NCBI RefSeq assembly: GCF_009914755.1
Contig: NC_060940.1
Reading direction: 5' to 3' (one strand)
Source of the DNA: the human T2T-CHM13v2.0 reference genome, Homo sapiens
Length of the DNA stretch: 64,000 nucleotides
Part shown: one piece after another, positions 27,086 through 39,179 of the stretch
How the letters are laid out: each line of letters begins with the position of its first letter
Numbering within the stretch: the stretch's first letter is position 1
The notes under the pieces: generated by a model
Seen by the model: the letters and a program-made list of their open reading frames with translations, nothing else
Databases searched by the model: none
Told to the model about the DNA's origin: nothing
Translations under genes and position numbers: made by a program

Positions 27086-28394
27086 ATACAGAAATTGACT
27101 CTCACAGAATAAGAAGAAGGAGCTTGAAGCCGAGGTTTGTGCCCAGAAGATCTCACTAGATTCTTTATACTCTGGGGAGAAGAAAGGATCAGGGTCGGGT
27201 GGGGACATCTGTGGGCATATTGGGGAGGGGGCCAGGAAGAAGCCAGGAAGGGGGCATGCTGTCATTCGTGGGTTTTGCAACTTTCTGTGGCATAGAAGGC
27301 ATAGAAGGATCTCTTCATTTAAAAGGTCAGGTTGGATTTTTTTTTTTTAACTTCAACACCAGTTAACTTACTTGCTTCCATCATACCCTGTAGGTACTCG
27401 TTATGGACAGGAATACATGTAGGGTGAAGGCTGCTCTGGGTCAGTGGATTCACAGAGAAGTCAGAATTCTCTTTTATAAAGAGCCTGCTTTTCTCAATAA
27501 TTGCATAATGACGTCTTTGATTCCCAGGCCCTCATGCCTAGCTGTTTCCTTAGGCATTTATTCAAGATCCGAGATGCCATTCGCAATCCAGCAGGATGCA
27601 TATTTGTATCTGGCTCCAAAACTTTTTTTTTTTTTTTTTGGCCCACATCACTGCAGCCCATGGCAGAAGAGTCTAGCAATTAGCAGGAACTGAAAGTGAT
27701 AATTTATTGCAACCAACGCTGTGATCTAATAGTCACACATTACAAAAGCAAAATCCATATTTTGTTCGCAGTGGCACCGCAGCGCTATCATATGCTCCAC
27801 ATGCTTTCTAATGTCTTTTGTTTGTATTAGGAAAAAACATAACCCTCTCCTACTGAGAACCAGAGAGAGCCCCTCAGGTTCTGAGAATGACGACATTCAA
27901 CATCGTACTCCAAAGGGGGTTAGGTTTGTGTGCTAGGGGTGAACGCTGTGCAATTTAATTCTGTTTCCAAAAGATCTTTGGAGGATAAAGGATACTTTCT
28001 GTCTTTTATTTAGGGAAGGCGATCATGTTGGCACAGGGCATAAGAGAGTAGCGGGGCTGAGAGTGGGAACTGAGGAGATTCAAGCCTTTTGCCCGTCGAT
28101 CGCAGTTCAGATCTGTTGATTTTGACCATTGCATCTTGCCTCACATCTGAACTTCAGGTGAAGTTTCAAACCACCAGGCAACATGCATTACAGGCAAAAT
28201 GATAAGTCAGGTCCTGCCGGGTGACTAAGGCAGTGTGGCAATGCTTCAAGCCTTTAAAACCATATCCCAGTGGCCCCAAAGCATTAATATGTCTGGAACA
28301 TTGCCTGTCCAATATCTAGAGAGGCGCCTGCAGAATTTGATTCCTAGGTACATCAAGTTTTTGAGCTGGAAGAAACTTGAGACGCTCTTTAGTC

Positions 28395-28502
28395 CAGCAA
28401 ATTTCAAACCTGTCTGCTCATCAGAATCACCTGGGAGCTTGAAAACACACAGATGCCTGGGCCTCACCATCCAGAGAGACATTCATTTGATTGCAGATTG
28501 AA
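28395..28502. mobile_element. MER5-family fragment
   Basis: ttcaaacctgtctgctcatcagaatcacctgggagcttgaaaacacacagatgcctgggcctcacc. Confidence 0.8.
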
Positions 28503-28539
28503 TCCAGAAGCTCTAAGCAGAGGCACAGTCACATTTGGG

Positions 28540-28642
28540 GACTCCTTTTATTTAGTAGAGGAGGAAACTGAGTCTCAGTGTCTGAGACAGACAGTGGGGA
28601 TTGAACACAGACACCTGACTCCCAGTGGGTGGTATTTTCTCC
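28540..28642 (-). mobile_element. MIR fragment
   Basis: gaggaaactgagtctcag...gggattgaacacagacacctgactcc. Confidence 0.7.
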
Positions 28643-29160
28643 TAGAGTGCATTTCTGCTTCTTAACCAGCAGAAGAAAGCCCATTAACTAACCCCTCAGG
28701 GGTCACCATGGGCAAAGGAGTGCATATTAAGAACTGTCTGGAAAGAAAAGAAGGTCATTGGAATCTTCTTCACCCCTTCCCTGGTACTGATGGTTGCATT
28801 TCAATGGATTTCTCCAAAAGCAATTATCACAGTGTTCCTGTGTGTTGAGCAAACTTCCCTTGTAATCACCTTAGCGTTTTCTTTTGTTAAAGAGTAAGAA
28901 GAATGGTTTCATAGTGAATTTTTCCTAAAATGTGCAGGGTGTAGAAGAAGGAATTGCACACAATACATGTCTACTAGGCAGGTCAACATAAATGAGTAGA
29001 GGCAGGTAATAACCCAGATACACTTTGTTGGAAAGTGGAATGCATAGAAATGGTCTTCATTTCTGCAAAGAAAAATGTACATTCTCCTTTTTTTCCTTGC
29101 AATATGTTGCCTTCTCTGTATATCTTTTAAAATTTCTACTTCTGATAGAGTAAAGGGTAT

Positions 29161-29590
29161 AGTTTTGTCCGTTTTGTGTTGCTATAACAAAATACCTGAG
29201 ACTGGGTAATTCATAAAGAAAAGAAGTTTGTTTGATTCACAGTTCTCATGCCTGGAAAGTTCAAGATTAAGCATCTGGGGAGGGCCTCAGGCTGCTTTCA
29301 CTCCTGGCAGAAGGCAAAGAGAAGCCAGTGTGTGCAGAGATCACATGGGCAGAGAGGAAGCAAGAGAGAAGGGAAGTGCCAGGCTCTTTTAAACAACCAG
29401 CTCCCGTGGGAAATCACAGAGGGAGAACTCACTCACTACCATGAGGATGGCATGAAGCCCTTCATGAGGGATCCGTCCCCATGACCCAAACACCTCCCGG
29501 TAGGCTCCATCTCCTGACATCTTCACACAAGAGATCAAATGTCAACATGAGATTTGGTGGGGACAGGCAAACCAGATCCAAACCATAGTG
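29161..29590 (-). mobile_element. MSTB-type MaLR solo LTR
   Basis: gttgctataacaaaatacctgagactgggtaat...gtgccaggctcttttaaacaaccagctc...ttcatgagggatccg...caacatgagatttgg. Confidence 0.9.
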
Positions 29591-29639
29591 ACTATGATAT
29601 ATCTTTCACATTTCTCTTTACAAAAAGAAAAACAATGTA

Positions 29640-30015
29640 AGGTCCCGTGACAATTAGCCTTACTGCCGGGGAGACCATAAGGAGTGGTGGAGACTGTGGT
29701 AAACTGCAGCGCGCACACTCTGTTAACAGAGGAGGTCACTTTCCATTCTAGCTGACTGTTGTCATATGAGGATACACAACTATGCTGGCCAGTTTCTTTA
29801 ATTTTTTTTCTCTTCTAACAGAATCTAGAAATGTAGATTGTGTGTGCGTGTGTGTGTGTGTGTTTGTGAGAGAGAGAGAGAGAGAGAGAGAGAAATCTTT
29901 AGGAGTTTTAAATATTGGCAACTAATTCAATTTATTTCTGTTTTTAACATATTGCACCAAATACATGGGTATGGGCCGAAAATAACATGAACTTTTTGCA
30001 GTGTACAAATCTCTA
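29640..30015 (-). mobile_element. MER102-type hAT-Charlie element
   Basis: ggagtggtggagactgtggtaaactg...ttttaaatattggcaactaattcaa matches the recalled MER102 consensus in reverse. Confidence 0.7.
29839..29893. repeat. Compound (TG)n(GA)n microsatellite
   Basis: Read directly; lies within the MER102-like element. Confidence 0.95.
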
Positions 30016-30079
30016 ATTTGAGACTTCTAATGAAAAGATATTTGGTTACAGTATGAGAGACAAGGGACTAAAATAAGGT

Positions 30080-30494
30080 TGTGGATCATTCAGGGTTAAA
30101 TCAGAGCAACAGCATGAGTAGGAGATATATAGAAACAGATTTATTGCAAGGAGTTGGCTTATGCAATAGTAGGGTTGCCTAGGCAAGTCTGAAATCCATA
30201 CAGTGGGCAGTCGAGAGAGGCAGACAGGAACTCTTGGCATATGCTAAAGCTGCTATCCACAGGCAGAATTTCTTCTTCTCCAGGAAAAGAAACAGTTCTT
30301 CTCTTAAAATCTTCCAAATGATTGACTCCGTCACACTCAGACCATCTAAGATTATCTCCCTTCCTAAAAGGCAGCTGAATAAGGGCTTCAATCACATCTA
30401 CAAAATACTGTCCCAGCAACACCTTGATTCATGTTTGACTGGATAACTGGAAACTATAGCCTAGCCAGGGTGGCAAACAAAATGGACCATCCCA
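30080..30494 (-). mobile_element. MLT2D-type ERVL solo LTR
   Basis: agatttattgcaaggagttggcttatgc...ccacaggcagaatttcttcttc...aatcacatctacaaaatac...tagcctagcca. Confidence 0.9.
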
Positions 30495-31729
30495 GGGTAG
30501 ATGTTAAAAAAAAGATACCCACCAAAGATAAATAAGATCAAGATTAGAATGTCTTCTTTTGATAGGATGTCTGATTTTTCTGAATTTTTGTTCCTAAAAC
30601 ATAAGATTATTTTTAAAAGCCTGAGAAACGAGACATTAGTGATCCGATTCAGAAAAGAAGCCCTGGGTTTAAGCCAATACGAGATGGGTTTGTATCTTTA
30701 AGTGGCCTTTATTACCACAGTAATAAACAGCAAACGGGCCCAAATCTTACAGGCTTGTGTTGGCTTTGACCAATGAAGTAGAACAAGACCTCTGAATACC
30801 CCGTTAGTTCCAGGCTGTGCTTTGATGGCTCTGCACAGACAGCTCTTTTCCTATACAAGTCACCAGCCTCACCCGTGTCTCTTAACAAATGTTGTTGACA
30901 GGCCGCGTTGCAATTTTTCTGCATGTTCTGACAGTTTAATTCAGTACCTCCTAGCTAAGCACTCAGCCTAAGGGGGTGCTTCAGCACCTTGGCGTCACCA
31001 GGCTGCAATTAAAATAATTCAGGGACTGGGGCTGGGCTTGCAGAAATAGGCCTTCTTCCCTTTGGAACATACAATGCATTTTCCAGTCTCCCCGTGGAGC
31101 ACACGAGATCCTTTTAGAGCAGAGGGCAGTGGAATGTATTAACAAGATGTCCACTGGCAAGAACTAGCTCCATTTGTATGTTGCACCCAACGGGGTTTTC
31201 TCCATAGGGGTTAGGCGTAACGTCTTTGGTAAACTTGGCACCTGTAGAAAGGTCTTGTGGTGGGCAGGGGGGTGTGAATGGGGGAATGAGAACTAGGGAA
31301 CCCAGGACCCAGGACCCAGGACGAGAGTTCAGCAAAGACCATTTACAGAAGCTATCCTTCCAAAACGGCCACTCAGAAATGGTGTCTTTTATTTTGCATT
31401 CTGTACAGGAAGGACAAATGGAGAAAAGTCTCCAGAAATTGGCCTCGTTTGAAAGGACCTCATGCAAAGAGAGATCTTTGGAGACATTTCAGAAAGGTTT
31501 TTATTCAAACATATTCGCAGCTTGTATGACAGTGGAATGTTTTGAAATGAGCTTGATTCTGTTTACCCATCCTTCTTAATCCAACAACTCTGCTGGTCTC
31601 TCTGCTGACACAAGATCGTTCGCAGGTTATAGAAGGATTTAACACGTCAGGTAAGGTGGAATTTGGTAAATTCCCCAAATTTACAAATAGATGAAAGTTG
31701 GGTAAATTCCCCAAAATTACTTGATGACA

Positions 31730-31895
31730 AAGATCATTTGGGAGAGATTCTTTCAAAAATGCCTACTCCCTATTCCCATATCCCAGCCTAAGGGAATGAG
31801 TTTAAGTGGGTCTACAGTGGGTCCTGGGAATTTGCTTCTTATCTAGCATCCCTGGTGAATCTTTTCATTCAAGCCAATGCAGGAAGTAGTCCTCT
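31730..31895. mobile_element. MER5B-like fragment
   Basis: gtgggtctacagtgggtcctgggaatttgc...gcatccctggtgaatctt. Confidence 0.55.
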
Positions 31896-32300
31896 GAAAT
31901 ACATGTCCACAGAACACGCCGTGCTTTCCAGAAGACGCAACAGACAGAAACTTTCCAAAGGGAATTACCTGGGATCATTTCTCATCCTCTCTCTCTTTCT
32001 CTGTATTACTTAGCCTTAAAAAAAAAAAAAAAAGGACTAATACTTCCTGCTTTCACATCTACTTTCCAGATAGTTTTTTCTAGAGGTAGGAGGTACATAA
32101 GAGAAACGTGTTTTATGGCTGTGGTTTTCAAGAAGTACAGCGTTTTGGAGAGAGTGGAAGGCTTTCATGCATGAAACACTCAGGGAGGTAGGAGATCCAT
32201 GAGATCCAAGCTAAACAATTCTGGAAGAGTTACCTGAAGTTGACACTTAATTCAAGCTGCATCGTCTTCCTCCTCCCAGCAGATGAAGACCAAAGGTGGA

Positions 32301-32374
32301 GGGTGGTGGGGGTGGGGGGCAGGGAGTAGGGGGGAGGGGGGGAGGGGGTGTGGGGAGGGTGGGGCGGGGGTGGG
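32301..32374 (+). other. G-rich tract with 12 G-runs (putative G-quadruplex array)
   Basis: 12 runs of 3-7 G separated by 1-4 nt loops. Confidence 0.9.
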
Positions 32375-32509
32375 CAGGTTCAGGGACTGAGGCCGGAAGC
32401 AAAACAATGTACTGGAGTGCTTATAGTTTTTGAGGAATCAGTGAGAAATGTCATCTGAATGTCTCTTCTCAATCTTTCTGAAAGATAACTTGCCTATAAA
32501 CATAAAATT

Positions 32510-32640
32510 AAAAGCCTGCTGTCTGCTTAGTTCAGGTATTGGGTCAGCGTCTTGTGACTATGGACAAGAGGTGTTTGACTCTAGGACTCAGCTACCTCAT
32601 CTGTTAAATGGGCAAACTGGGAGGGTGTTTATCTGCATGC
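32510..32640 (+). mobile_element. MIR fragment
   Basis: tgtgactatggacaag...ctcagctacctcatctgttaaatggg. Confidence 0.7.
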
Positions 32641-33186
32641 AACATCTCCTTCCATTTGAAAACTTTTATGAATGTATGGAATATTATTGAGCTGGTGTGT
32701 GCTAATACACTGCTAGGAGCCATTGGAGATTTGAAATGTGAGAGAATGCCTGCTGTCTGTCGCATTTACCAAACATCATGCTTTTCAAGATTGTTAAAAG
32801 TTGCTGAAACCCTTCTTTGAAGGAAATCATACTTTGAAGCTCAATATATAGCAAACGGGTAGAAGAGTTGCTAAGAGTTTGAAAATGATCTCATTAAACA
32901 AGAAACATATATACAGTGCCTACCTAGGAAAGAGCCAGGCATATAATAGCCACTGCATAAAGATGTCAAGTCTTTTGGACACAATCCTAATATCTCGGAG
33001 GTTCTGAAGCTAAAGGGTACATGTTTAAATTTTATTTGTTTCATTAAACACCTAAAGACTCTTTCTAGCTCACTCCTGCCAAAGGCAGAACTTGAGAGTG
33101 GCATTCTTTTCTGGTCTTTGAAGACGACAGGTGAAGGGCAGAATGTCCTGTGTACTTGGGCACGCACATGCAACCCTGGCTGGTGG

Positions 33187-33298
33187 CTCCTCCTCTCTGT
33201 CCTCTTCCTCCCTCTCTTCCTTCTCTTCCTTTTCTTCCTCATCCTCCTTTTCCTCCTCCTCTTCTCCTTTCTCCTCATCCTCTTCTTCCCTCTTCTTT
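33187..33298. repeat. CT-rich (TCC/TTC) low-complexity tract
   Basis: About 110 nt of almost pure pyrimidine. Confidence 0.92.
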
Positions 33299-34614
33299 GT
33301 GTCCTTGTTTCCATTTGCTTCTTGCTTTGGGCAAGTTCTCACCATAACCCTCTGGCAAAGGCAAATATTCACCTAAGTGGTTAAGTCTCTGGGCATATTT
33401 GTTGATCTCTGCTGAGTCTCTCAGCCCGTTTTCATCCCTCCTCTGCCTCTCCCTAGCCATTAGCCAAGGCCTTGACCTATTGACTGCAGTGTTGCCGAAG
33501 CAGCTGGACTCCGTGTTTGAAAGGTTTTCTGAAGAGGCATCTATTAATTTATGTATTTAATTTCTGTATGAAGTGACTGTTCTCCTCCCAGCACAGGTAT
33601 TAAAGTACCTTTAGGGGAATCCAGCAGCTGAAATCCTCAGTAAGGAAAAATGCTTAGAGTGTCACAAAGCAAACGCATTAGTGGGAAATGTTTAGGGGCT
33701 CAAGCACAACCACAAGGATTCACTCCTTCCTTGGATTTTGTGCCTCTTCCCCTGTTCCTGAGGCCCCCACTGGGAACCCTTAGCTGGAGAACACCCGTTT
33801 CATTATGGAACATGGAGAAAAGGGTGATTGTCAGCTCCAATTTATTCCATACTATCTGATTCAATCTGTAGTTTGACTTTGCTAAAGGAATTAATTTTTA
33901 AGATCTTAACAAATCCAGTAACATTTAAAATGACCTATCCAGTCCATGCATATTAGCTATTCATAAAGGGTTTTAAACATTATTATTAATCCTAGATATG
34001 TTACTTAAACTATTAAGTCCGTTCAAGGCATTCAGTTTCTGAGTCCTCAAGGATGGTAAGGAGAGCTGCAAATGGGCTCCCTTCTCAAGCAAAGGCATCT
34101 TATGCCATCATGCACGTTTCTACACATCTGCCTGTAGATACACTCTGTAGGACAAACCAGGTGGCTCTGTCCTTCAGGCAAAGAGCTCCTTAATTGAAAA
34201 TGATGTGTGAAATTTCAAGAGAGAAGTCTAGGAATGGGGAGATTTATGTACTATAGTCAGTAACCAATCCTGAGCAAAGGTAGGCACAGCTATGTGGTGG
34301 TGCCCTTTTTTGGGGGGGGGGCGGGTGGTGGGGGTACTTACTAAGGACCTTGCCTAAGATAATCAACAATTTTTCTTTTTCAGCCCTGGGAGGCTCTAAA
34401 GCTGGAATCAAAAAGATTCACAACCCCACAAATAGGTGAACTACTCTAAAGCAATGGTTTTCAAACCTTGAAATATCCTAACATTGAAAAAAAATGTGGT
34501 AACATAGGGTTGCCTGTGTCTTATTTTGGTCTGTAAGGACATTAATAATGTTTTGGTAAAACCTCAGTTATCATCTGCTATTACTGTTATTTCATAAGAC
34601 ACATCATTTTCCTT

Positions 34615-34730
34615 CAAAATTACAATGAAAACTCATAAGCATACATCAAAGTTGAAAGAATTTTACAGCGAACCACCATTAACATTTTGCTATAATGGCT
34701 TTATCATATATCCATTCATCCGTCTATCAT
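34615..34730 (-). mobile_element. L1M 3' fragment
   Basis: aagcatacatcaaagttgaaagaattttacag...attaacattttgc. Confidence 0.45.
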
Positions 34731-35519
34731 ATTTGTAAAACAAATAATATTTTAATGCCAAACATATACAAAGGATAGATCAGTAATTTCCGAGAAATAT
34801 TAGTTGACAACTTGACATCAAATTATGTACGGTTAAGTATTGATACAAAAATACGCACGAATATTAAGTGTTGAGGCAGATAGATGCACATATGTATGTC
34901 ACCATGTACCTTTGTGTCTCCTTGCATTTAAAAATGCAGGTCATGATGTGTAATCCCCGTTCCTCTGTTGATCAGTGAACACAAATGCTGGGCCCCAGCA
35001 TGAGTCCTTTTCAGAGAGTCATTTGGAGACCTACAGAAAAAAATGCCAAGAATGCACGCTGGGAATTCATTAAGAGATTTCAGGACGTTGAAATACTGTG
35101 TGTACTTGCAATCCCCACTTGAGCAAAGCTGTCCAAACCTCGACAGACAGCGGCCAGAGAAGGCCCCATCATAGACTCTGCGCCTGGCTAATTACTCAGG
35201 AGCAAAGCAGGTCGTTAGGGGTCAGGGGGAGGGTGCACCTGTCCGCCACCCCAATTTCCTCATGATACTGGAAGGCAGTCTCCGGTCAGCACGGGGCTGG
35301 GTCTAGAGTTTTCAGTTCACAAAAGTGGAAAATGTGATATGACAGACTGGATCCAGCACAGGGACGCAGCCCCTCACCTGCTGGGGGTCTTTGGGTGGGT
35401 CCTGTAGCCCCAGAGCCTCTCGATGACCTATGAACAGGAACAGAACCAGCACCCCGAGTGGTGACAGTGACAAAAGGGTCCTCAGTAACAGCAGTCTGCT
35501 ATTGTTTTGAATCATTCAA

Positions 35520-35918
35520 AGGAATTTTTTTATTTTGATAGTGAAAACAATTTCTTTTAGATGTAGAAAGGGTAGAAAATACAGATAAGCGAAAATAACA
35601 AAAGCAGAACGGTCATCATCTCAAAACTCAGAGAAAAGGGCACCAACTCCATATTCGTACCCATGTACGTATTCATACCCATATCTATACACCTTCCCTT
35701 ATCCCTGTCCCTGTCTACACCCACACCCATACCTAAACCAATATCCACATTTATATCTATACCTATACCCATATCAATATCTATATTTAAATCTGTGTAT
35801 TTAGATATTTCTAGAAATGCATATATAGCTATTTTTGCTTTTATAAAAAAAGTCACAGAAACAATTATATTGTACACAGTCCTATATAATCTGCTTTCTT
35901 TTGTTTATAGAATACTGT
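35520..35918 (-). mobile_element. L1ME-like 3' fragment containing a degenerate hexamer repeat
   Basis: tagaaaatacagataagc...; (ATAYCY)n-like tract at about 35670-35790. Confidence 0.55.
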
Positions 35919-35928
35919 GAATGTCTTT

Positions 35929-36243
35929 TTGTTTTTTTTTTTTTTGTTTGCGAGACAGGGTCTCACTCTGTCACTCAGGCTGGAGTGCAGTAGTGCAATC
36001 TTGGCTCACTGCAACCTCCATCTCCTGGATGCCAGCAATCCTCCCACCTCATCCTCCCAAATACCTGAGACTACAGGCAGTCACCACCACACCCAGCTAA
36101 ATTTCTTTTGTGTTGCTATTTTTATTAGAAACGGGGTTTCACCTTTTTACACAAGCTGGCCTTGAACTCCTGGACTCAAGCGATCTGCCCTTCTTGGCCT
36201 CCCGAAGTGTTGGAATTATAGGCATGAGCCACTGCACTGGGCC
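35929..36243 (-). mobile_element. AluJ (Jb-like)
   Basis: J diagnostics ctcctggactcaagcgatc; TSD gaat(g/a)tcttt. Confidence 0.93.
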
Positions 36244-36324
36244 AGGAATATCTTTCTATGACAGTAAATATTATTTTACATCATTTTCAGTGATACCATA
36301 GTATCCCATTATATGCTTTTCAGT

Positions 36325-36508
36325 AATAAGTTCGAAGCCAAGTTCCTGGATCAGCAGCATCAGAATCACCTGGGAATTTGTTAGAAATGGAAATTCTTAG
36401 GCCACTCCCCAGACCTACTGCGTCTGGGGGCAGGGCCCAGCCGTCTATATTTCAGCAAGCCTTCCAAGAGACTTCAGTGCCTGCTAAAGTTTGATGCCTA
36501 CTGCCTTA
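36325..36508. mobile_element. MER5A
   Basis: cagcagcatcagaatcacctgggaatttgttagaaatggaaattcttaggcc...cagacctactg...gggcccagc. Confidence 0.9.
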
Positions 36509-36704
36509 AATAAACTTCTTCATCCCTTGTCAAACTTCCTAGGGGAGCACATTTTGAATTTTTGACCTGAGACCTCAAAACTTTTACCTGTGCTCACTCA
36601 GTTCAGGTGAAAGAATCTTTGGCATTCAGAAGCTTGTGTTCACACTCACCTACTTCTCATGGCATGATTCCTCTTACCTCTAAATTCTACTGACTTAATC
36701 AAGA

Positions 36705-36835
36705 TTGAGGGATTCTGGGATGAATCTGGGGACACTTTTTGGTCCCTGAAATAAAATACGCAAACTTTGGAGTATGAGTGCGTATTTGGGGAAAGTATAC
36801 CTATCAGATTTTCAAGAACTTCATGACCCTAAAAT
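36705..36835. mobile_element. MER117-like hAT MITE fragment
   Basis: ccctgaaat...atcagattttcaagaacttcatgaccctaaaa. Confidence 0.45.
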
Positions 36836-36853
36836 GACTCTTTCTTAAAATAA

Positions 36854-37500
36854 TTTTTTTTTTTTTTTTTTTTTTGGAGAACGGTCTGGTTCTGTCACCC
36901 AGGTTGGAATGCAGTGTCAGGATCATAGCTCCACTGTGTGACCTCAAACTCTTGGGCTCAAGCAACTCTCCTGCCTCAAGCAACTCTCCAGCCTCAGCCT
37001 CCGAGTAACTGAGACTACAGGTTGTGTGCCACCATACCCAGATAATTTTTTTTTAACTTTTTTTCTTTTTTTTTTTTTTTTTTTTGAGATGGAGTCTTGT
37101 TCTTATGCCGAGGCTGGAGTGAAGTGGCACCATCTCTGCTCACTACAACATCTGCCCCCTGGGTTCAAGCGATTCTCCTGCCTCAGCCTCTCGAGTAGCT
37201 GGGATTCTGGGTGCCCCCCGCAACCATGTCCCACGAATTTTTGTATTGTTAGTAGAGTTGGGGTTTCACCATGGTGGCCAGGCTGGTCTCGATCTCCTGA
37301 CCTCAGGTGATGCACCCACCTTGGTCTCCCAAAGTGCTGGGATTACAGGCATGGGCCACCGCTCCCAGCCTTTAACTTTTTGTAGAGGCAGAATCTTACT
37401 ATGTTGCCCAGGTTGGTCTTCAACTCCTGAGCTCAAGTGATCCGCCCTTCTCCGCCTCCCAAAGTGCTGGGATGACAGGCACGAATCACCGCGCCCAGCC
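36854..37500 (-). mobile_element. AluJ split by a younger Alu in its linker
   Basis: Right arm 36854-37051, left arm 37382-37500; outer TSD core aaaatgact. Confidence 0.9.
37063..37370 (-). mobile_element. AluS (Sq/Sx-like) nested in AluJ
   Basis: TSD tttaacttttt at 37052-37062 and 37371-37381. Confidence 0.93.
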
Positions 37501-37697
37501 CAAAATGACTTTTTATTTGTTATTTTTGATCTCATCCTTGCTGTTCTGTTTTGCCCAGGTTGGTCTTCAACTCCTGAGCTCAAGTGATCCGCCCTTCTCG
37601 GCCTCCCAAAGTGCTGGGATGACAGGCACGAGTCACCGCGCCCAGCCCAAAATGACTTTTTATTTGTTATTTTTGTTCTCATCCTTGCTGTTCTGTT
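37404..37697 (+). repeat. 147-bp tandem duplication, 2 copies, about 98% identical
   Basis: Copies start at 37404 and 37551; 3 mismatches found by manual alignment. Confidence 0.96.
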
Positions 37698-37959
37698 TTT
37701 CCCAGTTATATCAATAACAAAGAAAAGAAAAGAAATCTACTCAGGGTCTGTTGGGCATACTGCCCAAGCACAGTGTGAAATGACTGCCTTTTCACTTTTT
37801 ATCTTTTGGATAGCCCAAAGACCAGCCTGACTTAGCAGCCTGATTTTTCTTTGCTGGAGGCAGATCACACTCTGCAGATCTCCACTGAAACCCCACCCTC
37901 ACCCTTCGTAATAGGCGACATGCACATTTTCATGTCACATTTAAAAATGAAATTTTTCT

Positions 37960-38380
37960 TGAAAATGTTCACATCCTTCCCCCAGAAATTCTAGATTTAT
38001 AAATTTCTCCCAAGGAAATCATTAGGTGCTACCTGAAAGTTTATGTATCAGGTAATGATCACAAAATTATAATCACAAATTAAAATAGCCATAATGTCTA
38101 ATAATTCGACATTAGTGACAGAGATGATACTACAGTTATAGGATGAAGTGTCATAACTGGGGATTTTGGAAAATGATTAGGGACATGGTGAAGTCGTCAT
38201 AGAATAAAATTAAGTGAAAAGAGTCAGGTTGAGTGTAGAATATATTTATTCCTATTCAGCATATGTATTACAAAATATCTGGGATAAATGAGAACTGCAT
38301 GCTGACATTTACATTTTCTCCTTGATTGTCTTATCTATTATCAGGATTTTCTACAATGAACATTTGTTGGTTTATAATTG
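37960..38380 (+). mobile_element. L1M(C/E) 3' fragment
   Basis: cccagaaattctagattt...ccaaggaaat...taagtgaaaagagtcagg...ttttctacaatgaacat. Confidence 0.7.
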
Positions 38381-38879
38381 GGGGGAAACCTAAATTCATA
38401 AAATAGGCACTCTGTTGGTGGCAAGGAAGCCCACTAGTCCACTGTCTAAGTGTTAAATGGATTTTAGCTTCATAATTCTGGCTTTGACTAGACCCTCTTA
38501 CAAGCAAGACTATATCCTCTGCAAAAGCATCAGCGGGGTCCTGCAGTGCCTTCTTGACACACACATCAGTGTATACCCAGAGCTCTTGTTTCTAAATAGC
38601 TGAGCTGCGTATTAAGTATGGCTAACCACACATCCATGCATTTTTCTGGTGTCTACCTGACCACCCCTCCAGGGGAGAGATAAACTCAAAGGGGAGAAAA
38701 AGGTATGGGAGCGAAAGATTGCAAGGTGCAGGTATGTTTGCAGATGAAGGGATTGTCCAGGCTGAGCTGTGCAGTCCTGGATGAACCACCATCTGGGCAC
38801 TTCATATGCCATTCATACTTAAGGGTGATTGGCTATTTTCATCATCAAGAAAAACATTGCTTTAAAATTTTCCATAGTT

Positions 38880-39179
38880 ATTCGGGCATGGTGGCTCAAG
38901 CCTGTAATCCTAGCACTTTGAGAGGCTGAGGCAGGAGGATTGCTTGAGCCCAGGAGTTTGAGACCAGCCCGGGCAACACAGTGAGACCCCACCTCTACAA
39001 AAAATAAAAAATTAGTTAGGTGTAGTGGCGTGTGCCTGTAATCCTAGCTACTTGGGAGGCTGTGGCCTGAGGACTGCTTGAGTCCTGGAGGTCGAGACTG
39101 CAGTGAGCCATGATCATGCCGCTGCACTCCAGCATACGTGACAGAGCAAGACCTTGTCTCAAAAAATTTAAAAAAAAAA
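38880..39179 (+). mobile_element. AluJ
   Basis: Full dimer with J diagnostics and A tail. Confidence 0.94.

Noticed and set aside
32871-33384. Arg/Lys-, Glu- and Ser-rich ORFs
   Set aside because: Frames of the CT-rich low-complexity tract; the same applies to 52515-52962
35663-35920. Ile/Ser/Pro periodic ORF
   Set aside because: Degenerate hexamer repeat inside an L1 fossil
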